DNA of 64,000 nucleotides from Mobula hypostoma (lineage: Eukaryota): NCBI RefSeq assembly GCF_963921235.1, contig NC_086108.1, forward strand, positions 29,142,001 through 29,206,000, written 5' to 3'. The translations under genes were made by a program, and so were the position numbers. This document shows, piece by piece, positions 50,677-64,000 of the stretch. Under the pieces are notes generated by a model. The model made no database searches and was not told the origin of the DNA. It saw only the letters and a list, made by a program, of their open reading frames with translations. Numbering within the stretch: the first letter of the stretch is position 1; every line of letters starts with the position of its first letter.

Positions 50677-50756
50677 GCACCTCTTCCTAGAGATGCTGCC
50701 TGGCCTGCTGCGTTCACCAGCAACTTTTATGTGTGTTCCATACATTGATAATATGT

Positions 50757-51115
50757 GGCTTTGGGTGGCAGGGTGGAGATATGTCTCCACCAAAGGAAGT
50801 ATAAGGCACTCCTTCCCTCTGCTAGCCATTGGGCAAGGTGTAGCACCTGTTTAGCCCCTCAGTCAGGGTCATATGAAGCCATGGGAGCAGGTGGTGGATG
50901 GTCATATAAACAGCTGATGCACATCACAAGTCCTGGGGTTCTGCGACTACTGACACCAGGCAGACAATCTCTGGAGAGCATTGATAATGGCTGGGGTCAC
51001 CCAACTTGTAAAGACACTGCCCAGAAGAAGGCAATGGCAAACCAGCTCTGCTGAAAAATTTGCTAAGAACATTCATGGTCATGATTATCTATGTAATACA
51101 ACACGGCACATAATG
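50757..51115 (+). mobile_element. RTE-like non-autonomous element, third copy
   Basis: Colinear with 11812-12192. Confidence 0.7.
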
Positions 51116-51349
51116 AACAAACAAATATGTGGCTTGTTAGTTTCAAAAGCTCTGCCTCAAGATTGATTGCTGTGGAAGATCCTTTCATTAATCTGAAATG
51201 CAATTGATTGTCCTCGCCCTGATATTTTGGCATTGATCTCTCTCATGGGCGAAATTATTTAAAAATCTACAAACGTTGGAAATCTGAAAGAATAACAGGA
51301 AATGCTGGAATATCTCAGCAGGTCAGGCAGCACCTGTAGAGAAATAATT

Positions 51350-53178
51350 GGGGCATTCAATACTATCATTCACTCAAAACTAATCAATAAGCTTTAAGAC
51401 CTGGGCCTCAATATCTCCTTGTGCAATTGGATCCTCAATTTCCTCACTTGCAGACCCCAATCAGTTTGGATTGGCAACAAAATCTCTTCCACAATCTCCA
51501 TCAGCACAGGTGCACCACAGGGCTGTGTGCTTAGCCCCTGCTCTACTCACTTTACACTTATGACTACGTGACTAAGCACAGATCCAATATTAATTTTGAT
51601 GATGACACCACTGTCATCATTTGAATCAAAGATGGTGACGAATCAGCGTATTGGAGACAGATTGAAAATCTGGCCCAGTGGTGCCACAACAACAGTTTCT
51701 TACTCAATCTCAATAACAGCAAGACCAAGGAGCTGATTATTGACTTCAGGAAGAGGAAACCAGAGGTCCACGAGCCAGTAATCATTGGGGGATCAGAGGT
51801 GGAGAGGGTCAGCAACTTTAAATTCCTCAGTGTTATCATTTCAGAGGACCAGACCTGGGCCTAGCACATAAGGTTAATAAAAAAAGAAAGCACAACAGTG
51901 TCTTCACTTCCTTAGAAATTTGTGAAGATTCAGCATGGCATCTAAAACTTTAACAAACTTCTATAGCTGTGTGGTGGAGAGTATCTTGATGGGCTGCATC
52001 ACAGCCTGTTATGGAAATGCTGATGTCCTTGAAAGGTAAAAATCCTGCAAAAAGAGGTGTATATGGCCTAGTCCATCATGGATAAGCGCTCCCCACCATT
52101 GAGCACACCAGAGCATTGTTACAGGAAAGCAACATTCATCATCAGGAACCCCAGCCACCCAGGTCATGTTCTCTTCTCACTACTGTCATCAGGAAGAAAG
52201 TACTGGAGCCTCAGGACTTACACCACCAGAGTCAAGAACGGTTATACTCCTCAACCACCAGGCTCTTGAACCAGACGCGATAACTTCACTTAAGTTCATT
52301 TGCCTCCTCACTAACTGTTCTTACAACCTATGTGCTCACTTTCAAGGACTCTTCATCTCATGCTCTCAAGATTTATTTATTTATGTATGTATGTATGCAT
52401 TCATTCATTCATTCATTTATTTATTTATTATTTCTCCTTTTTCTTCTGTGTTTATACAGTTTGTTATCTTTTGCACCCTGGTTGTCCATTCTTCTGGGTG
52501 TGGTCTTTCATTGATCTGTTATGGTTATTAGATTTACTGAGTATGCCCACAAGAAAATGAATCTCAGGGTTATATATGGTGACGGATATGTACTTTGATA
52601 ATAAATTTATGTAACACCCTGGGAAAGGGTTCACTGCTAATATAATGGTTTCTCTGTAGCTGCAGTGTTTGGGTTACATCTGGAGATAATGGGGGCTATG
52701 GAATGTGCGCTGGCCAATGATGGGAGGTGTTTTTCTTTCTTATGTTCCCAAGAGAAGGGATTTCACGGTCTTTTATCGGTGAAGATGGAGAGAGAAGGCG
52801 CGAATGGAGAGAGTTGGTAGACTGCAGGACGCAGTGGACTTGGAGAGAGGGGCCGGGAGTCAATGACGCTCGCAGGAGATTGATGGGGAATGAATGGATG
52901 GAAAATCGTGAGCTCCAACGTGCACATTAGACTGTTTTCTTAAAATGGGCCCTTTTTATTTTTGTTTTCTTTACAAACCCTGAGGTCAAATTAAGAATTA
53001 TAAAGCTCAATCGTTTAATTGCGTATGGAGTACTGTTTGATACATTTGTAACCAGGCAACACATCATGCTGTGTCCACACAGACAAGATCTCTCAAGTTT
53101 GGCTGGGCCGGAAGCTATCTTCCCCTAGACAAACGTATGCTGGCCAAATCTGAGGGTTACATTTACTTTGAACTTTGA
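51350..53178 (+). mobile_element. Rex1/Babar-like LINE RT/3' fragment with its tail split by a solo LTR
   Basis: AGGTGCACCACAGGGCTGTGTGCTTAGCCC ([10 protein letters not shown]), KTKELIIDFRK and EVERVSNFKFL. AATAAATTTA|CTTTGAACTTTGA is restored when the LTR is removed. Confidence 0.85.
52610..53161 (+). mobile_element. Solo LTR, 552 bp
   Basis: TGTAACACCCT...AGGGTTACA termini and 4-bp TSD TTTA at 52606-52609 and 53162-53165. Confidence 0.85.
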
Positions 53179-54254
53179 GAGTTAACATCAGTTCAAAGAC
53201 TTTGTCAGAACATGGAAAGGGGAATAAAAAGGAATTAATTATCTTTTTCAGTTTTCTTATTTCTGATGAAGAGTCTTGGATCTGAAACACTAACTCTGTT
53301 TCTCCTTCCATAGATGCTGCTTGACATGCTGAGTGTTTCTAGCACTTTCTAGATTTGGTATTAGTGTATGTCCCTTCCACAGAATTGGCACCAAGTGCCT
53401 TGTTTTCAACTAGTATTCTGAATCTGTCCCTGCATCTTGTCCACAGCATGAATTTACAATGCCCTCTTTGTTCTGCACTGTTAGTAGAAATAATTTTCCA
53501 ATCCATGTCACAAACAGGTTTCTTTCCTCAGTGCATTTCAATTTTAGCCATATAGGTAGCCACTATTATTACTTGTAATGGTTAACAAACCTAGGCTATA
53601 TTTTCCCTGCTATGGCCATTTTCTTCCACTTCACTTTATTTTCTTCCTGATGTTAGTCACACAAAATATTAAAGCCTGGCTTGACACAGATCCAAAACTT
53701 TGCATGTCATTGAGCACTCTTACAGTGCTAGCTGCGCCTCGTGTACTTTCGAACTTTGAACTTTGAGATACTTCTTTCTGTTCTGGCTAGTACACCATGT
53801 TCAGCTAAAATATGTAGCGTGAACTCTTTCCCCATCCTGTCCATTCCTCAATGGATTACCTTCCTGGAAACCCAACATCTTGGGAGGCTTTATTTGTTCA
53901 GTCTGTGTGACCTCAATTCAATTACATGACTCCTTTTTGTTTTTCATGGATTCTTTTAGGTTTCTTTGTTTTAAGGAGGCGAATCTCAAGGTAGTATAAA
54001 GTATACATACTTTGATAATAAATGTACTTTCAACTTTGAACCTTGCCTTTCAGTGTGTTATCACAGTTGGATTGCATCACGTTCAGTGTTTGATATTCAA
54101 CTTCAGTAACAATGTCTAAATCAGTCATGGTTCATGTCACCATATTTTAGTAACTCCCCTATTTGCTTCTTAAGGTACAAGCAATAATTGGTCATTTAAG
54201 CTATTTGAAGCGTGATAGCTGAAGCAGTTTATGAAGCCAAGAAGCACAGTGAAG

Positions 54255-54540
54255 CAGATAATTAAGCTGTTGCTTCACCCCTCCAACTCTGCATTCAATA
54301 GTGACCTCTGACGCTGTCTAGGAGTTTGCACCTCCTCAGGTGCTCCGTTTCACCCCACATCCTAAAGGTGCGTAATTTAGTGGGGTAATAGGCCAGTGTA
54401 AATTGCCCCACGGAGTGTAGCTGAGAGATAGAATTTGGGAGGAATGCAAGGAGAATGAAATGGGATGGGTGTAAATGGGTTCTTGTGGGCCAGCATGGTC
54501 TCAATAGGCCTAAAGGCCAGAATCAATGCTGTGTGATTAG
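54255..54540 (+). mobile_element. Degenerate V-SINE
   Basis: GGAGTTTGCA..GGTGCTCCG.TTTC.CCCCACATCCTAAAG..GTAAATTGCCCC. Confidence 0.6.
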
Positions 54541-55319
54541 TCTTGAGTCTTGGTGCAAACACAATTAAAAAAAAAAATTCTTTCCAAAATATTCTGTTTC
54601 AAAGTACTGTTTTAAACCCCATCTACAGATGGTCCCTTAAAGGGATCAAGGAACATCAAAAGAAAAGTTATAGTCCATGGTCTTACAGACACGTAAGATG
54701 TATTATAAAGCCCACTGCACAGGAATACCTAAAGAAACATGCACACTTCTAGGAGCTGAGGGTTGAGATTTTGTTCCATTTCCAATAAAGCAATTATTGT
54801 TTGAAATACACTGGTAGACAAATTGCAATTGCGGTGAGTTGCATGGAACTGTACTTATCACAGCAAGATACAGAGAAATACATCATACTGTATTTATAAT
54901 CATGAATTTAACTGAGAATAAGTTAAGTTGAACACATCAGATGCTTTGTTTAACATCACATTGTTTCTCTTAAAAACAGTGCAACCATTCTACAGATCAG
55001 CAAGGTGGCATTAGCAGCCATTTAAAATTACCTGTCATTATTTTCATATGCCTGCTAGACTATAATGCCGTAATGGTAGGCAAGGATGAGGCCACTGAGG
55101 AGTAAAATTTATGACTAACCATAATGACAATTATTGGGCCAAGTCTCACTGGTCCAGTACTGCTACCCACAATTAAAATCCAAAACTACTCTGTGCCTAG
55201 TTTGACCTAACTCCAGATGAGGAGGGCCTGTTTTCTGACAAGAAATGTCCCTGACTCCAGGGAATAGCCTGATCAGCAGCAGCGACTCAAATGGCTCAGT
55301 AAAGAAGCTTCAATCCTGA

Positions 55320-55845
55320 AACTCTGAACAGTACATCACTGTAAGGCCATTCGGACCACAATGATGTGCCGACGCACCTACTCCAAGATCAATCTAACCC
55401 ATTCCTCACATTTAGCCCCGCATTTTTCTTTCATCTATTTGCCTATCTAAGTATCTCCTAAATGTCCCTAATGTATCTGCCTCTACCACCACACCCGGCA
55501 GTGTGTTCCATGCATTTACCACTCTTGGTATCAAATATCTCCCCCTACACTTTCCTCCAAATACATGAAAGGTATGTCCTCTCATATTAGATATTGCCAC
55601 CTTGGGAAAGAAGTGCTGGCTGTCCACTCTACTCATGCTTCTCGTTATCTTAAACACCTCTAATCAAGTCTCGTCTCATCTCCCTTGACTCCAAAGAGAA
55701 AATCCCTAGCTCGCTCAACCTTTCCTCATAAGACGTTATGGCTAATCCAGACAGCACCCTGGTGAATTTCCTTTGCACCCTCTCTGAAGTTTCCACATCC
55801 TTTCTATAATGAGGTGACCAGAACTGAACACAATACTCCAACTTA
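55320..55845 (-). mobile_element. CR1 3' fragment
   Basis: Reads LEYCVQFWSPHYRKDVETSERVQRKFTR. Confidence 0.85.
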
Positions 55846-56279
55846 GCTGAAAACGTTGACCTGCACTGCAGCATCTTTTTGTTTAACTATAATGAATATG
55901 TAAGAGTCTCTGATATCAAAAATATTTTAAAACTATTAAAAAGAAATACATCTTGAAATGTAATTTAAAAAGCAGCATAAAATTGGATAAAAGCACTTAA
56001 CTTGATGGATGATAGTTGGAGGCAGACAAAAGAGAGAGAGACAGATGGACTGAGGTGGGGGAGGAGGAGAGAGGCTGTCTCTTTTTCTGCATCATTCACC
56101 TGCTACTGTCTGTCATCTCCACCTCTTCCCTCCCCACCATCCTGCTTCAAACTACCTGTCATCTTTCACCCTCTGTCTCACACACCTACTCTCCTGGTTA
56201 TAGAACCATAGAACCATAAAAACTACAGCACAGAAGCAGGCCTTTTGGCCCTTCTTGGCTGTGCCGAACCATTTTCTGC

Positions 56280-59192
56280 CTAGTCCCACTGACCTGCACA
56301 CGGACCATATCCCTCCATACACCTCCCATCCATGTATCTGTCCAATTTATTCTTAAATGTTAAAAAAGAACCCGCATTTACCACCTCGTCTGGCAGCTCA
56401 TTCCATACTCCCACCACTCTCTGTGTGCAGAAGCCCCCCCTAATGTTCCCTTTAAACTTTTCCCCCCTCACCCTTAACCCATGTCCTCTGGTTTTTTCCT
56501 CCTCTTGCCTCAGTGGAAAAGCCTGCTTGCATTCACTCTATCTATACCCATCATAATTTTATATACCTCTATCAAATCTCCCCTCATTCTTCTACGCTCC
56601 AGGGAATAAAGTCCTAACCTATTCAACCTTTCTCTGTAACTGAGTTTCTCAAGTCCTGGCAACATCCTTGTAAACCTTCTCTGCACTCTTTCAATCTTAT
56701 TTATATCCTTCCTGTAATTTGGTGACCAAAACTGAACTCAATACTCCAGATTCGGCCTCACCAATGCCTTATACAACCTAATCATAACATTCCAGCTCTT
56801 ATACTCAATACTTCGATTAATAAAGGCCAATGTACCAAAAGCTCTCTTTACGACCCTACCTACCTGTGACGACACTTTTAGGGAATTTTGTATCTGTATT
56901 CCCAGATCCCTCTGTTCCACTGCACTCCTCAGTGCCTTACCATTAACTCTGTATGTTCTACGTTGGTTTGTCCTTCCAACGTGCAATACCTCACACTTGT
57001 CAGTATTAAACTCCATCTGCCATTTTTCAGCCCATTTTTCCAGCTGGTCCAAGTCCCTCTGCAGGCTCTGAAAACCTTCCTCACTGTCTACTACACTTCC
57101 AATCTTTGCATGATCAGCAAACTTGCTGATCCAATTTACCACATTATCATCCAGATCATTGATATAGATGACAAATAACAATGGACCCAGCACTGATCCC
57201 TGTGGCACACCACTAGTCACAGGCCTCCACTCAGAGAAGCAATTCCCTACCACTACTCTCTGGCTTCTTCCATCAAGCCAATGTCTAATCCAATTTACCA
57301 CCTCTCCATGTATACCTAGCGACTGAATTTTCCTAACTAACCTCCCATGCGGGACCTTGTCAAAGGCCTTACTGAAGTCCATGTAGACAATATCCACTGC
57401 CTTCCCTTCACCCACTTTCCTGGTAACCTCCTCGAAGAACTCCAACAGATTGGTCAAACATGACCTACCACGCACAAAGCCATGTTGACTTTCCCTAATA
57501 AGCCCCTGTCTATCCAAATGCTTGTAGATTCTGTCTCTTAGTACTCCCTCCAATAACTTACCTACTACTGACGTTAAACTCACCAGCCTATAATTTCCCG
57601 GATTACTTTTCGATCCTTTTTTAAACAACGGAACAACATGAGCCACTCTCCAATCCTCCGGCACTTCACCCGTAGACAGCGACATTTTAAATATTTCTGC
57701 CAGGGCCCCCGCAATTTCAACACTAGTCTCCTTCAAGGTCCGAGGGAACACTCTGTCAGGTCCCGGGGATTTAACCACTTTAATTTTCCTCAAGACAGCA
57801 AGCACCTCCTCCTTTTTAATCTGTACAGTTTCCATGGTCTCACTACTTGATTCCCTCAATTCCATAGATTTCATGCCAGCTTCCTTAGTAAATACAGACG
57901 CAAAAAACCTATTTAAGATCACCCCCATTTCCTTTGGTTCCGCACAAAGCCGACCACTCTGATCTTCAAGAGGACCAATTTTATCCCTTACAATCCTTTT
58001 GCTCTTAATATACTTGTAAAAGCTCTTTGGATTATCCTTCACTTTGACTGCCAAGGCAACCTCATGTCTTCTTTTAGCCCTCCTGATTTCTTTCTTAAGC
58101 ATTTTCTTGCACTTCTTATACTCCTCAAGCACCTGATTTACCCCCTGTTTCCTTTACATTTCATACAACTCCCTCTTCTTCTTTATCAGGGTTGCAATAT
58201 CCCTTGAGAACCAAGGTTCCTTATTCCTATTCAATTTGCCTTTAATCCTGACAGGAACATACAAACTCTGCACTCTCAAAATTTCCCCTTCCCACCTACC
58301 AATCACATCTTTGCCAGAGAACAACCTGTCCCAATCCACGCTTTTTAGATCCTTTCTCATTTCTTCAAATTTGGCCTTCTTCCAGTTCAGAACCTCAACC
58401 CTAGGACCAGATCTATCCTTGTCCATGATCAAATTGAAACTAATGGTGTTATGATCACTGGGACCAAAGTGCTCCCCTACACAGACTTCTGTCACTTACA
58501 CTAATTACCTAACAGGAGATCCAATATTGCATCCCCTCTAGTTGGTCCCTCTATATATTGATTTAGAAAACTTTCCTGAACACATTTACAAACTCTAAAC
58601 CATCTAGACCCCTAACAGTATGGGAGTCCCAATCAATGTATGGAAAATTAAAATCCCCTACCACCACAACTTTATGTTTCCTGCAGTTGCCTGCTATCTC
58701 TCTGCAGATTTGTTCTTCCAAATCTCGTTGACTATTGGGTGGTCTGTAATACAATCCCACTAATGTGGCCATACCTTTCCTGTTTCTCAGCTCCACCCAT
58801 AAGGACTCAGTAGACAAGCCCTCTAATCTGTCCTGCCTGAGCACTACTGTAATATTTTCCCTAACAAGCAATGCTACTCCCCCACCTTTCATTCCTCTGC
58901 CTCGATCACATCTGAAACATCGGAACCCTGGAATATTAAGCTGCCAGTCCTGCCCCTCCTGTGGCCAAGTTTCACTAATTGCTACAACATCATAATTCCA
59001 TGTGTCAATCCACGCCCTCAATTCATCCGCCTTCCCCGCAATATTCCTAGCATTGAAATATATACACCTCAGAAGATTTTTACCACCACTCACAACCTTT
59101 CTATCAGCGGATTTGCTTAAACTTTCAACATCATTTATTTTCACCCCAGCCACACTGTCAGCTCTGGCACTCCGGTTCCCATCCCCCTGCAA
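56280..59192 (-). pseudogene. CR1 ORF2 (APE endonuclease + reverse transcriptase), frameshifted
   Basis: Motifs YFNAR, DVVAISETW, YYRPP, VVGDFN, SDHN, QHGFVRGRSCLTNL, DFSKAFD, GVPQGSVLGP and KFADH, split over several ORFs. Confidence 0.93.
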
Positions 59193-59194
59193 AT

Positions 59195-60078
59195 CTAGTT
59201 TAAAGCCTCCCCAATATCACTAACAAACCTCCCTGAAAGGATATTGGTCCCCCTGTGGTTCAAGTGTAAGCTGTCTCTCTTGTACAGGTCCCACCTGCCC
59301 CAGAAGAGGTCCCAATGATCCTGAAATCTGAAACCCTGCCCCCTACACCAGTTCCTCAGCCACTTGTTCCTCCTCCAGAGCATCCTATTCCTACCCTCAC
59401 TGGCACCTAGCACAGGTAGCAATCCTGAGATTACCACCCTGGAGGTCCTGCTTTTCAACTTCTTACCAAGCTCTCTATACTCACTATCCAGGACCTCTTC
59501 ACTCTTCCTTGCTATGTCATTGGGACCGATGTGCACCACGACATCTGGCTGGTCACCCTCCCACTTCAGAATGTCATGTAATCGATCAGAGACATCCTTG
59601 ACCCTGGCACCTGGGAGGCAACAAACCATCCTGGATTCTCTGTTACGACCACAGAACCTTCTATCTGCACCTCTAACTATCGAGTCCCCTATCACTACCG
59701 CTCTCCTCTTTCTCCCCCCTCCCTTCTGCACTGCAGAGCCAGACTCAGTGCCAGAGATCTGGCTACTGCATCTTGTCCCAGGTAAGTCACCAGTCACCCC
59801 CCCAACAGTATCCAATGTGGTATACTTGTTGTTGAGGTGAATGGCCACAGGGGAACCCTGCTCTGCCTGCCCTTTCCTCTTCCCTCACTTGACAGTAACC
59901 CAATTTCCTGTCCTCTGCTCCTGTGGCGTAACTACCTCCCTGTAGCTACTATCTATAATCTCCTCATTCTCCCGAATGATCCGCAGGTCATCCAGCTCCT
60001 GCTCCAGTTCCCTAACGCGGTTTGTCAGGAGCTGCAGCTGGATGCACTTCTTGCAGGAGTCGTTGTCAGGGACACCGG
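59195..60078 (-). pseudogene. CR1 ORF1: Cys-rich/coiled-coil region plus SGNH esterase domain
   Basis: CKKCIQLQLLTNRVRELEQELDDL, then VIGDSIVR, CLPGA, VVHIGPND and DSLHLN (SGNH blocks). Confidence 0.88.
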
Positions 60079-63000
60079 ACAACACATCTCTCGTTTTGAC
60101 TCTCAGTCCTGATGCAGGGCTTCAATCTGACAATTCCCTTTCTCCACTGAGTTCCTCCTGCAGATTATTGTGGCTCCAGATTGCAGCTTTTGCAATCCCC
60201 TGTGTACCATTGAGCGGGTTGGTATAACCAGTGTGGTTGGGGCTTCATGTTGTGTACCATCACTGGCACAGACCAGATGAGCTGAATTCTAAACACTGCT
60301 CTGCATATCAGATCTGGTTAAATTCATCCACCTGTAAAATCATCTGTTTTCCCTCTGCAGGGTGTTGCTAGCATTTTCCTTTGTGTCAGTTTTCCATACT
60401 GGTTCTGAGAAGCAGACTGAACACCAGGGAACATCCCGGATCAATGCACGAAGGATCAGCCCAATTCTGGGTGCCTGGGACCTAAATGAGCACCAAAGAC
60501 AAGTGATGGCTTGGATTTCAGAGACCAGTCCAGACTTGGATAGGTTTTTGCAGGCACTACTTGCAATTTCAATGAGCTATTTTAAACACCCATTACATGG
60601 ACTGTAAGATTCTTTGAAATACCATTCCTGCCCTGGTTTACCTTCCAAAACATATATTTTAAAAAAGCATGCATATTGATGCAAACCTGAGGGATTCCCA
60701 TTGCCAAGTATCACAGTATTTGAGATGAACAGAGATAAATCACATCCAGTTTCCTGACATATGGAAATAGGAAATGTTTACCCTTCTGAATTCATTGTTT
60801 AGAATTTGGATAACCTTTTGAAATCAATCACTATAACATACTGTATGTATTCTGATTCACCAAGATCAATCATTGCCTTTTTGTGGTTAATTGTCAGATT
60901 ACAAAAATGGTAACTCACAGATGCTGTGCTACATTTCCTCCATCTTTTTTTAACATATTTAATATAATTTCATCGAATCTTCATAGTTACAGAAAGCAGC
61001 TTAGCCCATTGAGCCTGGGTTGGTTTGGGGAACCACTGATGTGTAACAATCCTCCCCACAACAAACACCACCCACAAGCCCCTTCCTCAGCAGACCCAAC
61101 CCTCAGCAACCTGCACCAAAAACAGTTTCAACCTGTAAATATCTATTATTGTTGAAATAACTGCTGGCAATCCTAACCTCATCACCCCAGTTCCCAATGT
61201 GTTTTACAATGTTGAAATTCATATCCTGGTCTTACCCATTCTACTGAGACAGAATAAAACATCAGCGAGCATAGAAAGTGTCGCCTTTAACTATTTTCAT
61301 GCAGCTCTATTGTATCAGGTAAGTCATGGTTTTATTAAATGGTGTAGAATTTCAAGGAGTCAAGTGACTATACCTGGCCCTAATTCCTATGTTTCTGCGT
61401 AGGTCTGTTCAACATCTCCTGAACAAGAAATCTCCTGAACAAGAATGTAGCTAAAGACACATTGGGCCAATAAAGATTGTGGCTGTGCTGCAGGTCCAAA
61501 TTGGAAGGGAACAAGATTATCAGAGGTTTGGAAGATCTTAAAGGTTCAAAGGGGGATTTAAAAGCCCTGTATCTATTTTCTGTCTGTATTGTATTTTGTG
61601 GCGAGTTTATTATGGTAATCCATGGTGTGAGTTGGGTGTGGTAGAAGCAAGTGAGTGTCCTCACTTTGTCTGAGTTGTTTAGTTTAGTCTAGTTGAGAAT
61701 TAGAGGAAACCAGGAATGATATTTTTTGTTGACCACTTAAATGCGTATAGAACTCTAATTCTGATATTGTTTAAATTTTCTAACTTCACTAATTGGAACA
61801 CAAATTTAGTTCAACTACTAATTACACCTAGAATCGTTGAGTTATAATGCTAATTAGAACACTTAGTTACGCTGACTTGAATGCGAAGATCACTATTTGC
61901 TAATTTAGTTTCATTAGTTTTTCCCAGTACAAGATCGTTCGTCTTTGCTGGTTTCATAATAAAGGATCGAGCATTACTTTGTCTATTTGGAAATTTGTTA
62001 TTTAGAAGTATGTCATACAGTGTCGATTACCCTCGCTTAGTCTCTCAGTGGTTTGGTTTGTTTCCAAATAACTGGTACAGGAGGCAAGGGACTGAGTGAT
62101 GGGCAGGTACTCCATCACATGACAAACCTCCACAGAACATTGATCAACACAGTTTATAATCAAATGTTCAATGGTTGACTATGTCTGTTCGAGTCTTCTG
62201 TGATGAAATGCTGACATAAATAAACAAATTTGGTCTAACATTGGACGGATTCTACTTTAAATCCAGTTTCAACATCATAAGAGCATAAAAACCAGCAGCA
62301 AGTACATTAGCAGACTCCTTTCAGAATCAATATAAAATCAGAGGGAAGACTCTTCATAAAGGGTTTCAGCTGATAAAGGACCAGCCAACTAATTAGTACA
62401 GCAGAGTTTGAAAATATTTTGCTAGTCAAGGTCAGTTGTTATCAGCTGTACACAGGGAAGAGTGGACCTTGTCCTTCTGAATCCAACAGGGAGTGTAGAA
62501 TTACACCACCTTCACGGTGCAGAGAAGACACTTGGACAATCTTTATCACTTGGATGCTTTATGTGACTCGCCCCTCACTTCTCCATACCACCCTGTCACC
62601 ACACACTTGTATTCCTTTCTTGTTTAGGTTCTCATTTCCCTTCCTGCTATATGCATCAAATTCTTTTCACCCTACTTACTCTATTGGTGGTACTTTCCAC
62701 ATTCTCTCCTTTTAATGTTTGAAGACATTTCTTTGCAATACTCTGTGCATTTGGCAGCATTTATTATACACTTGTTGTCCCGATTTCAATCCCCCAAGTA
62801 CTGGACAGCTTTTCTTGGTCTACCCTGTCAAATTGTGTCAGGTCATCCCTTAATCACTTTGTCTTAAGGGAAGAATTTCCCAGCTTGCTGAATAATTTCA
62901 AATGTGTAACCACAGAAGAATGGTTTGTACATGAGAGACTGGCTTAAGACCATCATCAACAAAAGCATGTTCTGTCAATCAGTGAGGTCTTGGCCAATGT

Positions 63001-63137
63001 ATATCCCAAGTTCACAAGTTCACTTGATTAATAATTATGAATTATTAATTGACCAAGCATTCCACTACTTCCCTTTATGTGAGGAAGTGCCTCCTAGCTT
63101 CTCCTGATTTTAAGGAAGGGCACTGCTCTAGATTACA

Positions 63138-63475
63138 CAGAATCAGAATCAGGTTTATTATCACTGATGAATGTTGTGAAATTTGTTGTTTTGTGGCAGC
63201 AGTACAGTGCAATACAGAAAAAAAAACATGTTACAATAAAGAATATATTAAAAAACACAAGTAGTGCAAAAAGATTGCAAATTACATTCATGGGTTTATG
63301 GACCGTTCAGTTATCTGATTGCAGAGGAGACGGAGCCAATCCTAAATCATTGAGTGTGTGTCTTCAGGCTCCAAAATCTCCTCACTGATGATAGTAATAA
63401 GAAAAGATGAGTTGTCTTTAACGATGGCTCTGACTTTTAAAGATATCCTCGATGGTGGGGAGGCTTGTGCCAATG
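63138..63475 (-). mobile_element. Rex1/Babar-like 3' fragment with (GATTCT)n tail
   Basis: Same start as 46297 (CAGAATCAGAATCAGGTTTATTATCAC). Confidence 0.7.
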
Positions 63476-63752
63476 TGAGAAGCATAACTCACATGTATGA
63501 GAAGCATAACTCACATGTATCAGTATCGCAGTGGAACAAAGGGAATTACAGAGGCATGAGAGAGGAGCTTGCCCAGGTGGATTGGAGGAGGATACTGGCA
63601 GGGATGGCGGCAGAGCAGAGATGGCTGAAGTTTCTGGGAAGAGTTACCAAGGTGCAGGATAGATATATTCCACAGAGGAAGAAGTTCTCAAATGGCAGGG
63701 GTAGGCAACTGTGGCTGACAAAAGAAGTTAAAGACTGCATAAAAGCCAAGGA
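63476..63752 (+). mobile_element. CR1 ORF2 internal fragment
   Basis: Reads QWNKGNYRGMREELAQVDW..WLTKEVKDCIKAKE. 22-bp tandem duplication at its left junction. Confidence 0.8.
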
Positions 63753-64000
63753 GGGTTCCGGTGATGTCATCATCCAGAATGGCCGCTTAAATCAATAGCT
63801 CCTCTGGAAAAACGCATATTTTGCCACGTTAATCCAGATAATAAGATCTTTCAAAAATATCTGAGTTGATAAGGGGGGCAAGAATGACAAAAAAGAATGG
63901 AGATAAAAAAAAGCATCACTGTGAAGCCTATGGAAGAGAGAGGTACAACCAGCGGCTCTCCTACACGTGCGCGTAGTGGCGAGGCTGACAATGGGCCTCG
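63753..64000 (+). mobile_element. Probable 5' end of an L1-like element, running off the window
   Basis: Abrupt start GGTTCCGGTG..AGAATGGCCGC, CpG-rich, then a basic ORF-like start. No diagnostic domain is visible. Confidence 0.4.

Larger units (their letters stand above)
49658..50737. mobile_element. Inverted PLE pair (long hairpin)
   Basis: 49658-50183 is the reverse complement of 50208-50737, with a 24-nt spacer. Each arm encodes DMSIHGLLYCKDEATLRLEEQHL.FRLGSLQP.GMNI and ends in a hammerhead. Confidence 0.92.
56199..60078 (-). mobile_element. Near full-length young CR1 LINE with (GGTTCTAT)n tail
   Basis: ORF1 and ORF2 fragments in order. ATAGAACCATAGAACCAT at the left end. Confidence 0.95.

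Noticed and set aside
61222..61260. Possible 8-nt minus-strand microexon (TCTCAG|TAGAATGG|GTAAGA)
   Set aside because: Not frame-preserving and no neighbouring exons identified.
1..64000. CRISPR arrays, operons or other prokaryotic systems
   Set aside because: The sequence is vertebrate-type repeat DNA; no repeat-spacer array or prokaryotic genes were seen.

Overview
Eukaryotic, repeat-dense vertebrate DNA. The repeat mix (CR1 LINEs with an esterase ORF1, HE1/V-SINE-like SINEs, Rex1/Babar LINEs, Penelope-like elements, Tc1/mariner, hAT-Buster, solo LTRs) suggests a cartilaginous fish, probably a ray; this is an inference. Most ORFs in the track are transposon fragments or noise, and no host gene could be named. 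One weak spliced-gene candidate lies on the + strand (18961-25882, AATAAA at 26030). The most interesting signals are RNA-level. Penelope-like insertions carry intact minimal type I hammerhead ribozyme motifs, including a ~1.08 kb inverted pair with one ribozyme per strand. A 475-bp retroposon with a 12-bp target-site duplication (TSD) starts exactly at a candidate HDV-like ribozyme with an unusual hairpin in L3. Also present are a foldback mariner MITE carrying the transposase 3' end in both arms, a bipartite CR1 insertion within one TSD, and many nested insertions. Boundaries were read by eye; those without a TSD are approximate.
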